A stretch of DNA of 39,568 nt, taken from the NCBI GenBank assembly GCA_903905685.1, contig CAIVHI010000319.1, forward strand, positions 1 to 39,568. Direction: 5' to 3'. Under the pieces are notes generated by a model that ran no database searches, was not told where the DNA came from, and saw nothing but the letters and a program-made list of their open reading frames with translations. This stretch comes from an uncultured Bacteroidota bacterium. Lineage in GTDB: Bacteria > Bacteroidota > Bacteroidia > Chitinophagales > Chitinophagaceae. Below, piece after piece: positions 35,619-39,568 of this stretch (position 1 is the first letter of the stretch; each line of letters starts with the position of its first letter). The translations under genes and the position numbers were made by a program.

Positions 35619-36599
35619 TTACCTCATCATTTCCTCGTAGACGTTCAAATAATCTTGGGCAATTTTTTCGTGGTGGAACCGCTTGATATTTTGGCGACCG
35701 GCCAGTACCAGCTCATCGTAGCGGCCACGATTGTTGGCCAGTTCCATAATGGCCTGCCTGATTTCTTCCACGTTGTGTGGGTCTACCAGCAATGCCGACG
35801 CTTCTGCTACTTCCTTCATGGCGCCGCTATTGCTCGTAATTACAGGTCTACCCACCGACTGTGCTTCGATGATTGGCATGCCGAATCCTTCTACAAACGA
35901 AGCAAAAAACAGCATGTCGCAGGAAACGTATCGTTCGTTAATCCCTTCGTCGGTAAGCCCATTGTAAATCGTGTAAGAGATGCCATATTCCTTCAGGCGA
36001 TTGATAATGGCTTCGGCTACAAATGCTACAATGTCTAAGTGAACGTTCAGACCGCGCACCGCCTCAATAAGGTTGGGCAGGTTTTTATGTTGTGCCGAGC
36101 CTATTTGCAATATGCGGGGTATGGGGTTGATGTTTACCTTCGGAACGTACTCGAATATCGGCTTTACGGGGTCGTAAACAATCTTTATTCGCTCTGCGGG
36201 GTAGTCGAAATTTGATAGCAGGTGGTCTTTCGTAAATTGGGAAATGGCTGTTACGTAGGTGGCGTTTCTTAATGGGAAATAAAACCAAAAATAGTGGTAG
36301 AGGGCGTGTTTTAACTTTTGACTACGGATTTTTTCATAGTGAACGAGGTCGTGAATCGTCAAGAGGTTTTTTCGTCCCGGTAGGCCTATCAACAAAAAAT
36401 GAACATCGCCGGTAACATGGTTGATGTCGCCGGCATATTTGCGGATTCGCAGAATGTTGGCGAGCCGCGAGTGGGTAGGGTCGAGGTTGTAGTCTCCAAT
36501 TTCGATTCTACCCTTTAGGCTCGCCTTAATCAAGTTGAATATCCCTTCAATCGAAAATCCGGTTTTTCGTGGTTCCCGGTTGATGTATACTACTTTCAA
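35619..36599 (-). CDS. GT4-family glycosyltransferase
   Basis: MKVVYINREP start (TTG initiation codon at 36599-36597) and the GT4 E-x7-E region FASFVEGFGMPIIEAQSVGRPVITSNSGAMKEVA. Confidence 0.8.
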   Translation of the reverse strand: MKVVYINREPRKTGFSIEGIFNLIKASLKGRIEIGDYNLDPTHSRLANILRIRKYAGDINHVTGDVHFLLIGLPGRKNLLTIHDLVHYEKIRSQKLKHALYHYFWFYFPLRNATYVTAISQFTKDHLLSNFDYPAERIKIVYDPVKPIFEYVPKVNINPIPRILQIGSAQHKNLPNLIEAVRGLNVHLDIVAFVAEAIINRLKEYGISYTIYNGLTDEGINERYVSCDMLFFASFVEGFGMPIIEAQSVGRPVITSNSGAMKEVAEASALLVDPHNVEEIRQAIMELANNRGRYDELVLAGRQNIKRFHHEKIAQDYLNVYEEMMR

Positions 36600-36900
36600 G
36601 ATTTGCAGAAATTATAAATTTAAAGCCGAAAATGGAAAGGTTGCATAGGTACCGCCCATCGTTTTTCCCGCAACTAAGGTAAACCGATACCGGTGGAAAG
36701 GCAAATTACGTTTCCAATTCCATCAAAAGCCTTGCCCATCAACTCGGGTTCTGCGCCATTTTTTTAGTGACACTGCGTCATGGTGCCTATTTTACAGGTC
36801 ACGGGATAGAACTGGCCATGGGCATACACGGTTCGGAACGCCTAAAATTTCATTTCATCTACAATAGGCCGCAACAAGAAGGCTGGATGGGGATGGAAAA

Positions 36901-39240
36901 TTATGCGTGTTGCATCACCCTCGGTTTCAGGTTTTTCTTTGGCAATTTGGCGCTCAAAGCCTTTTCCATAGTCAGCCGGGCCATCAGGTAGCTCACCGTA
37001 GATTCTGCGCCTTGGTTCAGGTTCACATAATTTTCTTCCAAGCCATCGTAGCAGCCGCCGGTTGCAGGGTTGTAAATAATTTGGTGCAGGTGATTGTGAC
37101 CTAGAAACCAATTGAAGGCCGTCTCCATCTTCTTGCCATACCCTGCATTCTTGAAGAGGTCGTCCAGCTTGTCTAATGCCAGAATGGTGTAGGCAATTTC
37201 AATGGGTTGCTCGCCCCCGTTGGTCCTTTCGTCTTGGTCGGATTCCCTACTGAGCCAGTTCTTATTGGAAATCGTCTTTATGCCGGTAGGGGTAAACGTT
37301 TTATTAATCAGGAAATCGAATCCCGATAGGGCAATATCGCGGTAGGTTTCATTGCCCACAACCATCCAAGCGCAAAGTAAGGCTTCGGGTAAGATGCTGT
37401 TGGCATAGGTGAGGTACCCTTCAAACCACTGCCATTTTTCATCGGCCTCATGACGGTACATCTGCACGAGCCGGTCTGCAAACTCGGTAATCAGTTTGGT
37501 ATTTGAGGCCGACGGACTGTCGAGGTGGCCGTAATACAAACCCTTTATGATGAAAGCCATAGCCCTTGTTGAATGGATTCCGTTCAAAATCGGCATAGCC
37601 CGCGTAAGGATGGTTTCGGCAAGCACCACGACTTCTGCCGGGAGAATGGCACGCTTGGATATGCAATAGCCAAGGGCCCAAATGGCCCGCCCGTTGGAAT
37701 CGGCCAAATTGGTGGAGAAGTTTTGGGCTGTAAATTGGCCCGATTCGTCCACATAATTCAGGAAGTTTCCTCCTGGCTGCAGACAGAAGGCAATAAAATC
37801 CAAATAGATTTGAAGTAATGGTAAACTATCTGCGTCGTCGGTAAGTTCAAAGTATTGACACATGGCTATCAATGCCCGGGCATTGTCGTCGAGCGTATAG
37901 CCGGAAGTGATGTCTGGGCGGCTTAGAAAGGCGAACTGCACGATGCCGAAACCGGTAGTCATACGTTTGAGGTGCGCCAAATTTATTTCGGGCACATTGT
38001 ACTTCCGTAATTCAAATGCTCCCATCACTTTTTCAAACAGGTGCACGTGGGCAATGGCCGAATTTTCCCAAGCCGTTGCAGCCATACGGTGTAGTCCGTT
38101 CAAGCTGATGTTCATGCGGTATTGCCCATCTGCCAGTAATAGGTTGACCGCATTGGCCAGTTGTTGGGGATTTTCGAAATCGATGATAATACCGGCATCG
38201 TTTTGCAACACCTCACGTGCATGTGGAATGGGAGTGGAGACGATTGGACATCCACAACCTGCGGCATACGAGAACGTACCACTTACGGCTTGGTTGGGGT
38301 CTTTGGAGGTAAACAGGTAGATGTCGGTAAGTTGCAGGTATTCCAACAAGATGGGGAGCGGCAGGAAGCTGTCTACAAAACGCACGTGTAGTTGCAGCCT
38401 CAACTCTTCAACAATAGCGCTCAACATCTCGCGGTAAATTTCTCCGTCCTGCCTGATGATGGAAGGGTGTGTTTTGCCGATGATGAGGAAAAGGATGTCG
38501 GGGTTTTCGGCAATCACCCTTGGCAAGGCCTGAAGGGTGGTCTCGATGTTCTTCCCGGAACTCAACAACCCAAAGGTGGACAGCACCGTTCTGCCCGCCA
38601 CACCATACTTGTGTTTCAAATGGGTTTTGTCGGAGAAGGAAACCAAGTGCGTGCCATGCGGAATGACGGCTATTTTGTGCAAGGGTATGCAGTATTCTTC
38701 TGTCAGGATCGTAGCCGATGTGTGGGTCATCACCACTATATCCTGTGATAGGCTTGCTATCAGCCGAACATTGGTTTTGAAGAGGATGTCTGCACCCGGC
38801 AATACGGTATGGAAGACGGTCACGATGGGCTTCGATAACGCTTTCAACAATCCGATGAAGTGCGCCTCGTTGCCTTGAAAAAAACCGAATTCGTGCTGTA
38901 CTACAACCAAGCCTATAGATGCCTTGCCGTTGATGTGTTCTGCCAAATCTCGATAACATTCGGCATGGCGGGTATTCCAAGTGCAGGTCACGTCTTTGCC
39001 ATAACGGTGCTGTTCCGTATCGGTCTCGAGAGCGCAGATGCTTATTTTGAACGCCCCCATAAATTGCGTACGTAGTGCCCGAATGATATCTTGCGAATAG
39101 GTGGCTATGCCGCATTCACGTGGTGGGTAAGACGTGATGAACAGGATTTCGGGAATCTGTCCGTTTTTGGAACTTAACCGGTTGGATCTTCCTGCACCGG
39201 CGTGTAGGTAAGGCTTTGATGGCCCAATTTGAACTATCAT
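36901..39240 (-). CDS. Large fusion: N-terminal GT4-type glycosyltransferase plus a C-terminal domain of about 380 aa, possibly an (alpha/alpha)6-toroid glycosidase-like fold
   Basis: The N-terminal ILFITSYPPRECGIATYSQDI and a GT-B-like body cover roughly the first 400 aa. The C-terminal half is rich in regularly spaced helices with W/Y/N/G motifs (..DDNARALIAM.., ..DSNGRAIWALGY.., ..YANSILPEALL.., ..VNLNQGAESTVSYL). The fold assignment is tentative. Confidence 0.7.
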   Translation of the reverse strand: MIVQIGPSKPYLHAGAGRSNRLSSKNGQIPEILFITSYPPRECGIATYSQDIIRALRTQFMGAFKISICALETDTEQHRYGKDVTCTWNTRHAECYRDLAEHINGKASIGLVVVQHEFGFFQGNEAHFIGLLKALSKPIVTVFHTVLPGADILFKTNVRLIASLSQDIVVMTHTSATILTEEYCIPLHKIAVIPHGTHLVSFSDKTHLKHKYGVAGRTVLSTFGLLSSGKNIETTLQALPRVIAENPDILFLIIGKTHPSIIRQDGEIYREMLSAIVEELRLQLHVRFVDSFLPLPILLEYLQLTDIYLFTSKDPNQAVSGTFSYAAGCGCPIVSTPIPHAREVLQNDAGIIIDFENPQQLANAVNLLLADGQYRMNISLNGLHRMAATAWENSAIAHVHLFEKVMGAFELRKYNVPEINLAHLKRMTTGFGIVQFAFLSRPDITSGYTLDDNARALIAMCQYFELTDDADSLPLLQIYLDFIAFCLQPGGNFLNYVDESGQFTAQNFSTNLADSNGRAIWALGYCISKRAILPAEVVVLAETILTRAMPILNGIHSTRAMAFIIKGLYYGHLDSPSASNTKLITEFADRLVQMYRHEADEKWQWFEGYLTYANSILPEALLCAWMVVGNETYRDIALSGFDFLINKTFTPTGIKTISNKNWLSRESDQDERTNGGEQPIEIAYTILALDKLDDLFKNAGYGKKMETAFNWFLGHNHLHQIIYNPATGGCYDGLEENYVNLNQGAESTVSYLMARLTMEKALSAKLPKKNLKPRVMQHA

Positions 39241-39251
39241 GATTTTAGATT

Positions 39252-39568
39252 TTACTTGGTTATATAAAGCATCAATTCCTGAATGAGCCCCGATAGCGAC
39301 ACCGACGCAAACGCTATTTTGTCGTCGGCCGCGCCGTAGTATATGAAGAGCCTATCGGCAATCACGATGGCTCCTGTTGGGAAGCATACGTTGTTGACGA
39401 CTCCCGTCATCTCCCAGTCGCTTTGAGGCACAAATAGCGGGTATGGCAGGCGGGAAATTTCTTTTTGGGGCTCGTCGAGGTCGAGCATGGCGGCACAGGC
39501 GGAGTAAACATAGCCGTTTACGGTATCGTGCACGCCGTGGTATATCATGAGCCAGCCTTGCACGGTAG
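39252..39568 (-). CDS. GH130-like (DUF377) beta-mannoside phosphorylase/hydrolase family protein, C-terminal part only (gene continues beyond the window)
   Basis: The frame is open to the window end. ..GWLMIYHGV..YSACAAMLDLDEPQK..VNNVCFPTGAIVIADRLFIYYGAADDKIAFASV follows the GH130 C-terminal blade pattern. Confidence 0.7.
   Translation of the reverse strand, partial: TVQGWLMIYHGVHDTVNGYVYSACAAMLDLDEPQKEISRLPYPLFVPQSDWEMTGVVNNVCFPTGAIVIADRLFIYYGAADDKIAFASVSLSGLIQELMLYITK

Overview
This 39.6-kb chromosomal segment looks Bacteroidota-derived. Supporting signs are a T9SS C-terminal sorting domain, a CarboxypepD_reg-type TonB-dependent receptor, GH92/GH125/GH130/NamZ glycan genes, a TAnnTTTG-like -7 box and L31 type B. 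I recognise about 30 protein-coding genes and several hairpin terminators. I see no rRNA, tRNA, CRISPR array, integrase or transposase. Most genes are housekeeping (trpS, tpiA, L31, an RSH (p)ppGpp enzyme, LpxH-like, SlyD-like, deoxynucleoside kinase, ALDH7-type dehydrogenase, Hbd) or glycan-related. Accessory-looking content stands out in three places. (i) At 6.5-9.3 kb there is a GmrSD-like DUF262/DUF1524 type IV restriction candidate, followed by a multiply frameshifted orphan RHS C-terminal cassette. (ii) At 11.0-13.5 kb an AT-richer insertion sits between the GH125 and GH92 mannosidase genes. It carries a translationally coupled ABC/AAA_21-type ATPase plus a 168-aa Cys-rich PD-(D/E)xK-like protein, and about 0.8 kb of structured non-coding DNA. 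I cannot assign this pair to any named defence system, and it is my top candidate for an undescribed system. (iii) At 34.2-35.6 kb a single polypeptide fuses a class III nucleotidyl cyclase domain to a non-catalytic FGE/SUMF1-type domain, with no adjacent effector. Also notable is an AmgK/APH-like kinase fused to a RapZ C-terminal domain and translationally coupled to a SixA-like phosphatase. All functional calls come from motif recognition by eye. No database search, alignment program or structure prediction was run.
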